A stretch of DNA of 64,000 nucleotides from Octopus sinensis (Eukaryota). A model generated the notes under the pieces. That model did no database searches. It worked only from the letters and a program-made list of their open reading frames with translations, and was not told the origin of the DNA. The stretch is taken from NCBI RefSeq assembly GCF_006345805.1, contig NC_043009.1, positions 6,324,001 to 6,388,000 on the forward strand, written 5' to 3'. Positions 41,800-54,995 of this stretch are shown here, piece after piece (position 1 is the first letter of the stretch; each line of letters opens with the position of its first letter). A program made the position numbers and the translations under genes.

Positions 41800-41990
41800 T
41801 TAGCACGCGGGCAAAATGATAAACGGTATTTCGTCCGTCTGTATGATCTGAGTCCAATTTCAGCCGAGGTCGACTTTGGCTGATATCTTTTCGGGGTTGA
41901 TAATATAAATATCAGTTGACTAACGGGGTCAAAGTAAGCGACTTACTCCATCGCCAGAAATTGCTGGCCTTGTGCCAAAATGTGAAACCA
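41800..41990 (+). mobile_element. SINE family A, degenerate, with the alternative (ggccttgtgcc) tail
   Basis: ttagcacgcgggc..gccgaggtcgacttt..ttcggggttgata..ggggtcaa..ctggccttgtgccaaaa. Confidence 0.8.
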
Positions 41991-42216
41991 AATTTCTATT
42001 GCTGCATTTTATCAAAACCTTCCCAGAGAAAACTATGAGTAGCATGTGATGAAAGTGAGTACATCAAATACTGGAGAATGTTACTCTTGGTTGTGTACAT
42101 TAAATTAACAAAGCAGGCTCTGCCTATATTTAAATAAACGAAAATACATTTACAAGTTTCCGCTTTTGGATTTGGTTTGCAAATTTATTTATATGAGTGT
42201 ATGTGTTGAAGCATAT

Positions 42217-42410
42217 TCTGTTGTGTCTGGGGAGAGTCATTTTCTTTTTGTGCCTTATAATTTAACACACTCACCGGTAAAATCTCCACTTATATATATA
42301 TTTTTTTCATTTTAAGAAATAAGAATTAAGAAATAAGTGGAAATTTTACAGGTGAGTGTGTTAAATTATAAGGCACAAAAAGAAAATAACTCTCCCTAGA
42401 CACAACAAAA
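42217..42410. mobile_element. Foldback MITE-like element (arms ~77 bp, spacer ~40 bp)
   Basis: ttctgttgtgtctggggagagtcattttctttttgtgccttataatttaacacactcaccggtaaaatctccacttat pairs with ataagtggaaattttacaggtgagtgtgttaaattataaggcacaaaaagaaaataactctccctagacacaacaaaa. Confidence 0.85.
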
Positions 42411-43992
42411 TTTATAAGTTTGTCTGTCTTATATTCAGTCTTTGGGCGATCTTCTACCAACATCATCATAATGAAATATGGACAAAGTTACATTGACATT
42501 TACTAACCATTGACGATGATGATGATAATAATAATAATAGTAATAAAAATAATAATAATAATAACAACAACAACAACAACAACAACAACAATAATAATAA
42601 TAATAATAACAATAATAATAATAATGATAATAATAATAATAATATAAATAATAATAATAATAATAATAATAATGAATTCGCTATAATCCTAAATATCCCA
42701 CTCTTCACAGACATGCATATCGATTTTAATCCATTGAATGTTTTTTTATGATGGACAACTACAAACGGAGGTGCCCTCAAATCAAAATGCTCATCCAACC
42801 GACATTTTTATCTTTAAATAAAACTGAGAAGATATCCGAAGATTAATATATTGAGATAACAATAACGAATGATGAGCTTGTGTACAGCAACAAATCCCTC
42901 CTAGAATGAGCCGCCTTTGGAATTATTAAAGAAGTAAACTATAAAGCCGAATGCATATAAATGCTTAACCGTTATGGAAATAAACAGAGCTTGAATAAAA
43001 TAGAAAGCACTAGAAACACTCTATACGTGTATAGAGCACTCTCGAACACCGATTATAACATGTACGCAAAAAAAAAAGAATCAAACAAAACGCGCCTTGT
43101 ACCCAAATCACATATAAAGTTTCCCTAGCTTCTGTAGTGTAGTGAAGGCACGCAATAAAAAGGACAATTTTAAAAAAATAATAAGACGGCTGTAATAACA
43201 GCGCTACAACAACAACAACAATAAAAATAACAATAATAATATAACAACAAAAACAGTAATGATGATGATGATGATGATGATGATGATTAATATGATGATG
43301 ATTAATATGATGATGGTGACGATGACGATGATATCGAAAAACTATAAGAAATTAAAGCGAGTTGTGATGGTTATCAACAGGTTATGAATATTAATGTGAA
43401 ATCTATTCATGATTTCCAAGGAACTCATTAATAACTAAAACGCCACCAATGAGTAATAAGCAATTTATTTTTATTTTTTAAATATTTATTTAAATTTACT
43501 TAATTTATTTCTTCATTTTTGCTTGTTTGTTTGTTTGTTGTTATCTCAAGTGTTCTTTTTATTATTTGTCTCTATTTCAACTCTAGCCCTCACCCCTTAC
43601 TCATATAAACACAACCACGCGAAAATCTTACTTTATAATCAATTTTCCTTAGAGATTATAAATATAGTTCAATATATTTAAATATCTTCTAGGAAAAATG
43701 GATCGAATTGAAACATGTGACACCAATGTATAAGCAAAAATAATATCAGCAACAACAACATAAAATATTGATAACAACAATGAAAAGAATTATGACGACG
43801 ATGATGATGATGATGATAATGAAAATAATGATATCGCTTATGACAATGATGATGCGAGCTTTAAAGTTATTCATGACCGCAATGATGATAGTGTTGATGG
43901 TATATTAAGTAGCTAATAACAACAATAAAGAAAATATATTAAGCGAAAGGTATTAATATTGAAGATGCATTTTATATTTCATTTGTCGTATG

Positions 43993-44044
<52 letters not shown>

Positions 44045-44583
44045 GTATTTTGATATTTTATATATTTCTTTACAGTGTTTCCTTTCCTTCTTTGAATTAT
44101 GGAATCTGAACCTGGAAGAATATGTATGAGTTTTCATACGGCATACACACAAAAAAGAAAAAAATACTGCCTTTATAATATTTGTTTAATTTTCACATAA
44201 AATATTACTCTGGTTTAGTATCCAAATATTCTATGGATTAATTTTATTTACATATCTATTTTCTTCTGCCTTAACAAACAATTGTTGAGTACCTACCATA
44301 TTTTTTTTTAATAATTTGCATATATCCATCTATTTATTTCTATCTCAATCTATCTCTCTCTCCTCTCTCTCTCTCTCTCTCTGTCACTCTCTCCCTCTCT
44401 ATATATATAAATAGAGAGAGGGAGAGAGAAGGGAAGATTTTACTCAGAACTGTTGATTCACTTCTGCGCCGCCCATCATTTTTTCTCGAGAATTCTTCTG
44501 TCTCTAAAAATCATGTATATATTTTATGCATACATATTTTACACACACACACACACATACACACACACATATATATATATATA

Positions 44584-44967
44584 CTCTTTTACTCTTTTAC
44601 TTGTTTCAGTCATTTGACTGCGGCCATGCTGAGCATCGCCTTTTAGTCGAGCAATCGACCCCGGGACTTTTCTTTGTAAGCCCAGTACTTATTCTATCGG
44701 TCTCTTTTGCCGAACCGCTAGGGCGGGGACGTAACACACCAGCATCGGTTTCAAGCAATGCTAGGGGGACAAACACAGACACACAAACACACACACATAC
44801 ATATATATATACACATATATACGACAGGCTTCTTTCAGTTTCCGTCTACCAAATCCACTCACAAGGCATTGGTCGGCCCGAGGCTTAGAGCAGAAACCCT
44901 GCCAAGATCACGCAGTGGGACTGAACCCGGAACATGTGTTGGTAAGCGAGCACTTACACACAGCCAC
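44584..44967 (-). mobile_element. SINE family B, full length
   Basis: Same head, internal (CA/TA)n spacer and (aagagtaa)n-tailed 3' part as 53072-53502. Confidence 0.9.
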
Positions 44968-45011
44968 AATATGCGCACACACATGCGCGCACACACACAC
45001 ACACACACACG

Positions 45012-45048
<37 letters not shown>

Positions 45049-47941
45049 GATGGAGAGAAAAGAGAGAGAGGAGAGAGATTTGACACAGTCATAATTGTAT
45101 AGGGCAGAAAAGAATAAAAGGCAAATTAGACCTCACTGTGAGTTGAAACTGCAATGTACAATATTGCAACACATTTGGCTGATATTCCAACGATTCTGTT
45201 AGTTATGTGAGGAATAATGTTTTATAATGTTTTATGTTACAATGATATAAAATTCTGTTTGAAAAATTAGTATTCATTTTATAAATTTACATGAGCAGAA
45301 AAAATTTATAACAGTTACATTAAAATAATTTTATCTATACCATATTTACTAACATTTCCTATGGTATCCGAAGTATGGTTTTAAAGTTACCTGTTTGTTG
45401 GAAAATATACATAATTTTATTAGTAACTATTGCCGAAAGTGTTTGTAACAGTGCAAAGTCGAGATACAGGGAACGTAAGAATACAAACGGCGCTTTCAAT
45501 CGAGGAAAATATATCCATTCAAAATATAAAGGAACATGCCTAAAGAGTTAAAAATAAATAGATCGAACAAGAAACGTGTCCCACAGAATAGAGGGGCAAA
45601 GAGAAAAGATTCGAAATGACCTTTACACCATGTCAGATATTTATAAAAATCCAGTTTTTTCCCTCAGGTTTTGTCACACTACCACAGCTACATAATGTTA
45701 GTCACTCGAACAACGTCATTTTTTACTCCTCTCACATAATTTTTTCGATAAATAATTGAAGGGCAGTACTTGTTTATGTGCCCTCAACTACGTTTTCAAA
45801 TTGTACTAGCAATTTGAGAAGAGAATATTTTGAAGGCAAAGCTCTTTTTCCCAGATAACAGCTGCATTTCCAAGCAATTTCCGTTGCTATAGTCACCAGA
45901 CAAAAGAAGACAAACAATTATTAAAGAGTAAGGAAAGAGGTGGATTGATATTCACGAAGGAATTTGCTGAGCAATTCAATATCAACTGAAAATTCCTCAA
46001 TACTTGGGACATAAAATAAAGCATAGCGTTCTCTCTGGAGACTCCGTGACCACCGAGACGAAACACCCAGTTGAGGATATATTGGGAGATATATAGGGTT
46101 AAACAGTCTAATATACTATAAGAAAACGGTGAATACTAATTCTATTTGTATCACAATAAGAACATAAGAACTATTTTACTATAAATAGAATTTAAATGAA
46201 GACACATTAACATAAAATAAGTATGGGAAGTACCCACACATGTTTCAATCTAGTCACTATGTAAACAGTGCTGCGGATGGTTCGAACCATGTTAAGAGCT
46301 TCAGATGTAAAACAATAACAACAAAGGGACTAGATATCTTCAGGACAGTCTCGTACAAAAGGCTAATGCTTACATATTTTTTGACAGGAATTGAAGTTGG
46401 TGGTAAAAAAACTTCCAAGATAAGATGGAACAGGACCACATATTCATATCTTAAGTATCTACCTAATGTACACATTAGCTTTCTAGAAAAGAAAGAGGGG
46501 ACACCGAGGAAGTAATAGGGAGAGGTATTAGCTTATCAAAAGGTTCTAGAACGGTATTAGGGATGTGACAAATAGACGGATATGTGTTTTGGGGGACATT
46601 ATGCAATGATTTAAGAGAATATATAAAGGGTAAGAGGTTGTGAGGGACATTATGTGATGAGGGTAATATATACTGAAGACGTTAAGTAAAGATATTAAAT
46701 TAAAGAGAAAACATAATAAATAGGGAGAGATAAGAAAAAATAAAAAGGAAATAATATAGAGAGAAATAAAATTGATGGGTGAAAGAACAACAGAGTAAAA
46801 TTTTCATTAATTGGAAGAAGTTATTAAAAAAATATTTGATTAGCAATATATAATATAAAATATTTGTGCAGTTTTTAATATTTTAAATTTATCGCTAACA
46901 AAGGTTAGGCTATATAGTATACTTAGGTGATTCTGAAATCGGAATTTAATTAAAGGCTCACTCGTAAAGAGGCTTATATCTTTACTGGTTACTGTCAATT
47001 AATAGCGGAGGATGTACATGTAAAATGAAATTTATAGATACAGCCTTATTGTTCGATTGCGAAGAAAATGTTTCGTTATTTATTCTAAAGAAAGATTATT
47101 GATATTAGTATTATGTAGCATTTCAATACTCTAACAAATACGTTCAATTTTGCAGAAAAAAACTATTAGATGGATAAAAAAATTCTAATATACTTTCTTC
47201 TCTGAGGAATTTAGCAAATATAAACTATAGTAGTTTTTAAATAAAAATAACTGACAACTTATTCTAAAAAAATGTTACAATCCAAAACAACAGGTTATCT
47301 CCCTTTGTCTATTTAGTAGGGAAAGAATTTGGATTAATTAACAGATGAAACAAATTTAGAAAGGGGTATGTGTGGGATATAAAGAATAATAATATTCATT
47401 TTGCAAGCGAAGCATAGTGAAGGTATGAATATAAATTACGTTTATGATACAGCTACATGCACAGGCGCATGTACGTATACATAAATGCACATATTAATAT
47501 ACATATGCATATGCATATATGACATTTTATACACATATGCGAGTAAATTTAGAATAGATTCAGGTAGAAAAATTAAATATTAAAGAGCCGAATAACGTTA
47601 TGGGAATAACAATATGGGTAATAAGTATGTCTCTGATGAGAAATGGTATTAAGTATGTATTACTAAATAATATTTAGAGTGTATATAAGTAATACTTATT
47701 GTGCGATTGGAGCATTGAAAGGCAGGATTTATATTTAAAAATGTGATTACGGTGGAACGTATAAATCCTTAAAAATCTTTTTAAATGTTTCACACCGAAA
47801 TATGCGGCCATCCTGGGGCACCACCGTTGTATAAACAGAATTGTTAGGACTATAAAGAATATATTGTATTATATTGTAATATATATACATATACTTATAT
47901 ATATACACATACATACATATATATATAATATATATACATAT

Positions 47942-48048
<107 letters not shown>

Positions 48049-48060
48049 ATATATATATAG

Positions 48061-48224
48061 TCGCCAACATAGACTGTTAGCCACTACACACATTTTATCT
48101 CTCCTTGTTTTGTCTGTGTCCCTTTCTGTAGAAGAAACGTAAAAGGCTTTTTCTATTCCTGAGAGTTATACTCAGTTTTGTTTGTACACCACCTGTCTTC
48201 GTCTTCTGTTTTTTTCGTAACTCT

Positions 48225-48230
<6 letters not shown>
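48061..48230 (+). mobile_element. Family H repeat with the hammerhead helix II deleted
   Basis: gtgtccctttCTGTAGAaGAAACgtaaaagg; otherwise collinear with 59133-59325; flanked by (TA)n on both sides. Confidence 0.85.
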
Positions 48231-48306
<76 letters not shown>

Positions 48307-49070
48307 ACATATCTACAAGTATATATGTATATAACAAAAGAAAAATAACTTAATAAATATTTTCGAAATATTCAAATAGTCATGGTATTGGACTGAGAGA
48401 TGCTTATGCACAGCATGTAGATTATTATAGGTGTGATTATATGCAGCAATAAAGGAACAAATTAGATTATAAATATGTGATATGATTCCTGATGTTTGCC
48501 TATTTGAACAATAAGTGATTTATTTAAAAGCGAACACGTATTGTTACTTACATTGTTAAAAAATTGTTTGAATACATAAATGACATAAAAACAGAGGGCG
48601 CTCTCCATACAGACCAATTAATTTCACTGGTGATATTTAATTAAAAAGAACAGTTTATGATGATGGTTAAAGGAAGTTTATAATAAGGTTGGCATAAGAA
48701 GCGTAATCTTTACATAATATATTCGAAAAAAAATTATGATTACTTTGATCATGAGGGGAAATGCTGAAGACGATGGAGTGATCTGGTGTCTTCGAATTTG
48801 GATTCATGAGCAAGGATATACTTTGATATAAAGCTTGTACAGTTTATAACTTTGTATATGTTATGTCAAATACTTTGAGATTAGAGGAAATTGAATATTT
48901 ATGCCTTCCAGACAGGCTTAGCAAGTTGGGTAATTGTGCTTGAAATGAAAATTGAAATATGATTAAAGTATATTTTACAAATACCTACGAGACATCTCTT
49001 CAGCCTACACGACAAAACAAACATTTACATAATATCACGAATTTGCATACGTTCAGATACGTCTAAAGGT

Positions 49071-49138
<68 letters not shown>

Positions 49139-49722
49139 TATATATAAATGCATACACACATATATACATATATAAATACATGTATATATGTATATATATA
49201 TATATAATATATATATATATATATTATATATATATATTTTAGATATCTCTATATTAATGCAAATTATATAAATAGATATTTCGGTAGATTCATAGGCGGA
49301 TAGATAGGTAGAGCAACATAGTGCTCTGTAATAAAACACACAATTATATATCCACACACATTTGCATTTACTTAAAATATACGTACATGCATGTGTGTGC
49401 TTGTGCGTGCATATGTATGTACATATCTACATTTAGCTTGCATGTATATATGTGCGAGTATATATGTATATATATATATATATATATATTTACACATATG
49501 TATTGACACACATAAATATGTGTGTCAAAACATGCAAATAAATATATACATACACACAAACATGCATACATATACACGCTCATATGTACATATTCGTGTT
49601 ATCAATTATATTAGGAAACTATATTTCGATATTATGAAATATTTGCATATATTCAAATGTGCTAATATATGAATACGTACGTTGTCTCAGTACCTATCTC
49701 TCTCACACACTTTGTGTGTGCG

Positions 49723-49765
<43 letters not shown>

Positions 49766-50291
49766 CTTTACATATATATATGCATGTACGTATTTATATG
49801 TATACATAGATAGATAGACAGATAGGTGGCTAGATATATAGATAGATAGATACATACATACATATTCTATTAATATTTTGTCTTAGCCGAATCAACTTAT
49901 TGCTAAAGGCATCTTAAGTTAGATAACAACATCGGTTTTTGTAAAAAGTGCATCATTATGTGCGCTGCTGTAAAACTTTTCAAGAACTGTATGTCAAATA
50001 CTATCGAAACTAACCGAACATCGGCTGATTTTGGAAAGGAATTCACATTTGGAAGTAATGCCCTGAACTGTGGTTCTTTGGATGGAAAGATGGAAAGGGT
50101 CTTCAAATTGAACCGATGAGGATTCCGTTATACAGAGGAGTCGAAAAATTGATATACTAATTTGATGCACAGAGACAACTTCAAATATTTGTTGAAGTGT
50201 TTATATGAACTCCACTGTTTGGTTCCTACTTAGTCTTAGTAATCAAGAAAGGATGGCAAGGAACCTAGATCCATGTAAGTTTTGAACTCAC

Positions 50292-50357
50292 ATTCTAAAC
50301 GTTGCAATAACGTCAGCAAGACGTGTTGTATTTAACGATTCTACCGGAGAAACATGC
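50292..50357 (-). CDS. Candidate exon (66 nt, phase 2-2)
   Basis: Acceptor gtttctcgcag, consensus donor gtgagt, open frame HVSPVESLNTTRLADVIATFR. Confidence 0.3.
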
Positions 50358-50559
50358 CTGCGAGAAACGCTTTATTGATGACAAATTCAGGTAAATCAAT
50401 CTAATAAAGATTACGCTATTAGTTTCCACAAGAAGCTTTACTTTCTCGTCGGGAGCCTTTGTTTCATTATAATGAGAGATACACATAATTCTCATACTTT
50501 TATTCCAGCAACAAACTGAGGAATGAAACTATAAAACGATTTAACCAGGATACTAGCAT

Positions 50560-50775
50560 CATGTTTCAAATTTTGGCACAATCCAGTAAGTTAGGGTTGG
50601 GGTGTAAATCGATTACATCGACCTCAGTATTCAAGTGACACTTACTTGATCGACATCGAAAGGATGAAATGCAAAATCGGCCTCGGCCGGAATTTGAAGA
50701 GAGAACTTATAGACGAGCGAGATACTACTAAGCATTTTGTTCAGTGTAATAACAATTCTACCAGTTTGCCGCATT
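50560..50775 (-). mobile_element. SINE family A, degenerate
   Basis: aatcgattacatcgacctcagt..cgaaaggatgaaatgcaaaatcggcctcggccggaatttgaa..ctaagcatttt. Confidence 0.8.
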
Positions 50776-51091
50776 AACGACTACATAATAATATTGACTA
50801 GAACTATTTCTGGTCTATATAAGGCTAAACTATGGAATTAAAAGTACCTAAATGTCACTACAAGTCCTCAGTAGATAAAATTTGTCTTTATCCAACGTGC
50901 ACTTAATTACCGTCAGTTATCGTTGTTGGTATGGTTTGGTAGTCTTGATGCGATTCTTTTGTTGTACCATGCTGCTATGAGTTCAGGTGAGGCTACGAGA
51001 AAGCGGGAAAACTTCAAGTATCCACCCAGTCTCAGGTGTTATGCTAATATTCTAACAGTCTATTGTGAATCCTTCAGAGGATTTACGTTAC

Positions 51092-51257
51092 CGAATTTAT
51101 TTATGACGTTCAAACGTGTTTGTAGAAGCGGATATATTTGTGTATATTCCCAAGAACGAATATGTTGAATAAATGTTCCGTTTAAATAGTATTCCAATTT
51201 CGTACCGTCATACATATCTATACTTTTATTGGTAACAGTAATTCCCATATGCTCATA
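51092..51257 (-). CDS. Candidate internal exon (166 nt, phase 0-1), possibly part of a SPRY/LamG-like beta-sandwich
   Basis: Acceptor ggtctttttccag, donor g/gtaacg and 55 stop-free codons: YEHMGITVTNKSIDMYDGTKLEYYLNGTFIQHIRSWEYTQIYPLLQTRLNVINKF. D-x3-G-T-x-L-x-YY-x-NG...YP resembles SPRY domains. No homologue was identified. Confidence 0.4.
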
Positions 51258-51791
51258 CTGGAAAAAGACCGTGCGTTTATCCTTCAAACTTTCATTCTGT
51301 GCTGTTTCATTTAAGTGAGTCTTCTGCTAAATTAGAAATTATACACAGTATGACGTCTGCGTAATTCAAAAGGTTTTGAAATATGCAGCACTAATTTAGC
51401 TTATATACTGAAGAACATACTACGCAAGTGGTCTCTACGAACTTATACGGCAAAAGAGAAGGGGAAAAAAGGCGGGTGTTTAGTAATGTTCAACTGGCGT
51501 CCGTTTCGGCAAGTTTCTTTACTTTTAATAGCGAATTTTCGCCCTAGTATCTTTTACCGCACCCTGCATTAAATGTCCTCACATATGTATCCTCTTTGTT
51601 CAAGAATTACCTTCGGAAAGATTTTAAATTCATAGCTATAAACGGGTTGGGTGTGTTTTAGTCTTATGGTAAATGAAGTTCAGAAGAATGCTGGTACTTT
51701 AGCCCCAAATATATGTCTCCGTTTCTCATAGTTTTGACGTCTTTAATTGTGTATGAACTTTTTATTTGTGAGAACAAGCCATGTATGGTAT

Positions 51792-51882
<91 letters not shown>

Positions 51883-52108
51883 ATATTCCACTGATGGAGG
51901 CAAAGTATTACTCATGCAGAGCCAGAAATCCGTGACCTGGAATTATCCAGTAATTTTTTTTTTTTTTTGCTAGTTTATTTTGTCACTTTGTCTTCTCTCC
52001 TGGTGCTGCATGAAAGTTTAATGTGGTTTCAGAGTCAAGTTTTGGCTGTTATTTCTAGAGTTCTGGCATCTCTTAGATATACTTAATTATAATTGTATAT
52101 ATATGTGC

Positions 52109-52159
<51 letters not shown>

Positions 52160-52624
52160 ATACACACATATAGGTAGATAGACAGATAGATAATAGATAA
52201 ATTGATACATACGTACGTATGTACAGACGAACATACATACATATCAACATATATACACGCAAACAAACCAACATGAATATAAATACATCTTTTGTGGAAT
52301 GTGAATATATGAAGTGTTGCATCTGTTGCCATTTGTATTGTGTTTAGATTGCTCGTGGAAATTTTGCCGACAGCATTTTGTCTGCTGTTTTAGAGTCATT
52401 TGTTTTGTATTATATGTAGTGTTCTTTATTTTCGTATGGAAATGCTGTGAAAGAACTCTCAAACATCAAATAATACGTGTGTATATATTATAAGATCGTA
52501 CGTGGCTTTGCTTTCTTTAATGAACCATCGTTATGTGACATGAATGTAGTAGAAGTTTTGTATATAGTTCACAGCAATGCATATAATTATGTTAATATTT
52601 CAGTGTTTCATACGTCGATAACAT

Positions 52625-52795
52625 AGCCCAATCGTTAGCACACCATCTTTAACTTCTGAGTTCAAATTCCGCCGAGATCGACTTTGCTTTTCATCTTTTC
52701 GGGCGACGATAGAAATTACTACCAGGGGAATACTGAGGTCGAGATAATCGACACGCCCTCTCATCCTAAAATGCTGGCTTTGCATCACAGTTTAA
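52625..52795 (+). mobile_element. SINE family A, degenerate and internally deleted
   Basis: tcgttagcac..ttctgagttcaaattccgccgagatcgactttgcttttcatcttttcggg. Confidence 0.8.
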
Positions 52796-53071
52796 AATTG
52801 ATATCTCTGTGGCAGAATCGTTTGTACGCCGGGCGGATTGTTTAAGTACCAGTTAAGAACTTGTTTGATGTTATCAACATACCTATCCCCCGAATACTTA
52901 TGAAGTATACATTTTTTGCTTTTTGGTAGTTGTCGCTTAACATTTCAATAGCTACTGTTTTCTATAAGAAGCATGATCAGTAAGTCATTGAACTACCGCA
53001 TAGTAAAGTTGTGTTTAACTAGCATGGCTTTCATAGGCATTCAAACACTTAAAGGTAACAAATTCCCTATA

Positions 53072-53298
53072 CTCTCTTTACTCTTTTACTTGTTTCAGTC
53101 ATTTGACTGCGGCCATGCTGGAGCACCGCCTTTAGTCGAGCAAATCGACCCCAGGACTTATTCTTTATAAGCCTGGTACTTATTCTGTCGGTCTCTTTTT
53201 GCCGAACTGATAGATACGGGGACGTAAACACACCAGCATTGGTTGTCAAATGATGTTGGTGGGAGAAACACAGACACACAAACATATCCACGCACACA

Positions 53299-53336
<38 letters not shown>

Positions 53337-53502
53337 CATATATACGACGAGCTTATTTCAGTTTCCGTCTACCAAATCTACTCACAAGGCTTTGGTCGGC
53401 CACAGGCTATAGTAGAAGACACTTGCCGAAGGAGCCACGCAGTGGGACTGAACTCGGAACCATGTGGTTGATAAGCAAGCTACTTACCGCACAGCCACTC
53501 CT
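53072..53502 (-). mobile_element. SINE family B, full length (tRNA head, CORE-like segment, microsatellite spacer, 3' domain, aagagt tail)
   Basis: Head aggagtggctgtgcggtaagtagcttgc..gagttcagtcccactgcgtggctccttcggcaagtgtcttctac; 3' part gaataagtaccagg..gaataagtcctggggtcgatttgctcgact..gaaacaagtaaaagagtaaagag. Confidence 0.92.
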
Positions 53503-54501
53503 AATACTTGTAAAGTCGAATGTATATTATGAACTTGAATAGTTAGCATAATATAAAGCTACCAAGACAGCAACTAATATCTAACTACCATCAATATGAA
53601 GACAAATAGGCATTAAGGACATTTGAGATTCGGAAAAAGAGTTACTATGCTGACGGAATTCAAATTAGTGGCACTACCATTCTAACAACTGCTGGATACA
53701 TATAATATATTATGCATAATGCAAGCACAATTCAAAAGCGGATAGTCAAAGTCTATGGAACACATCCATATAGAAACTAAAAAATAACTTAGAAAAAATA
53801 AAAGATGGCTTGACTAAATGAAAGAAAAGGCAAAGGAAAGTGGAAGGAATAGGAAATGGATAGGTCTACATGTTCAACTTTTAGTGTATATGACTCATCA
53901 TCATAATTGATATATTGCAAGATGCCAAAATATAAAGACAGCTGGATTACGTGAGCTTAAGGTGATTATCCTGGTAGACACCTCGCTGAAAATTGATGTG
54001 TGCCTCACACACACACACATACGCACACATACACACACTCACACACACAGACATCCATGCACATATACACAGCCACGAATACATATATATTAATTCGATG
54101 TATGTTTGTATGCATATACGTAAATACATATGCATATACTTATATGTGTGTCTGTGTATATATACATAGATATATATATATTTGTGTACGTGGGTTTGTG
54201 TGTTGCAGTGTGTGTGTGTGTGTGTGTGTGTGCGTGTGTGCGTACGCACGTGAATTTTCGTCTGTTTCCATTTCGGTTGAAGTTTCTGTAAGTCGAGCGA
54301 TTCATGAAATAAGAATTTCCGTAAGGAATGAATTTAAGACTTAAATTAATATGTAAATAAAAAAGAAACAATTCACATCTTTCGCCCTTAAATATATACT
54401 ATTCATATGTTTTGTACGACACACACACCCATATATATATACGCACATACACACATACAAATATTTCCATACATCCATACATATATATATGTATATATGT
54501 A

Positions 54502-54730
54502 GGCGGCGAGCTGGCAGAAACGTTAGCACGCCGGGCGAAATGCGTAGCCGTATTTCGTCTGCCGTTACGTTCTCAGTTCAAATTCCGCCGAGGTCGACTT
54601 TGCCTTTCATCCTTTCGGGGTCGATAAATAAAGTACCAGTTACGCACTGGGGTCGATGTAATCGACTTAATCCCTTTGTCTGTCCTTGTTTGTCCCCTCT
54701 ATGTTTAGCCCCTTGTGGGTAGTAAAGAAA
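54502..54730 (+). mobile_element. SINE family A, well preserved
   Basis: ggcggcgagctggcagaaacgttagc..cagttcaaattccgccgaggtcgactttgcctttcatcctttcggggtcgataaataaagtaccagt..ggggtcgatgtaatcgact..ccctctatgtttagccccttgtggg. The central segment resembles, from memory, the MetaSINE domain. Confidence 0.95.
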
Positions 54731-54759
54731 ATATATATATATGTATATATGAATATATA

Positions 54760-54809
<50 letters not shown>

Positions 54810-54813
<4 letters not shown>

Positions 54814-54995
54814 TAATCCAAACAAGAAAGCACAAAACAACACAACAACGCGAGGACGTGGAACAAATATAGTATTATTGGACGCTCAGGAAAGGAGAAA
54901 AGAAGGGGGTTAAAAGTTTCGAGCGGATCTCTTCGTCGGAAACATAGAAGGAAAGATCCAGAGAAAGGAAGACAGAGGGGAAAAAATCGCCAACG
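54810..54995 (-). mobile_element. Second PLE pseudo-LTR-like repeat with a degenerate hammerhead
   Basis: Reverse complement ..tgtttCCGACGAagagatccgctcGAAACttttaaccc..cctgagcgtccaataatactatatttg..; abuts (TA)n. Confidence 0.6.

Noticed and set aside
46030-46070. Hammerhead-like ctggagactccgtgaccaccgagacgaaac
   Set aside because: Helix II is out of register with GAAA, and no NUH triplet or helix I partner follows.
46240-46700. Possible gag/ORF1 remnant with two GHY motifs
   Set aside because: The cysteines of the knuckles are not recoverable; too decayed to call.
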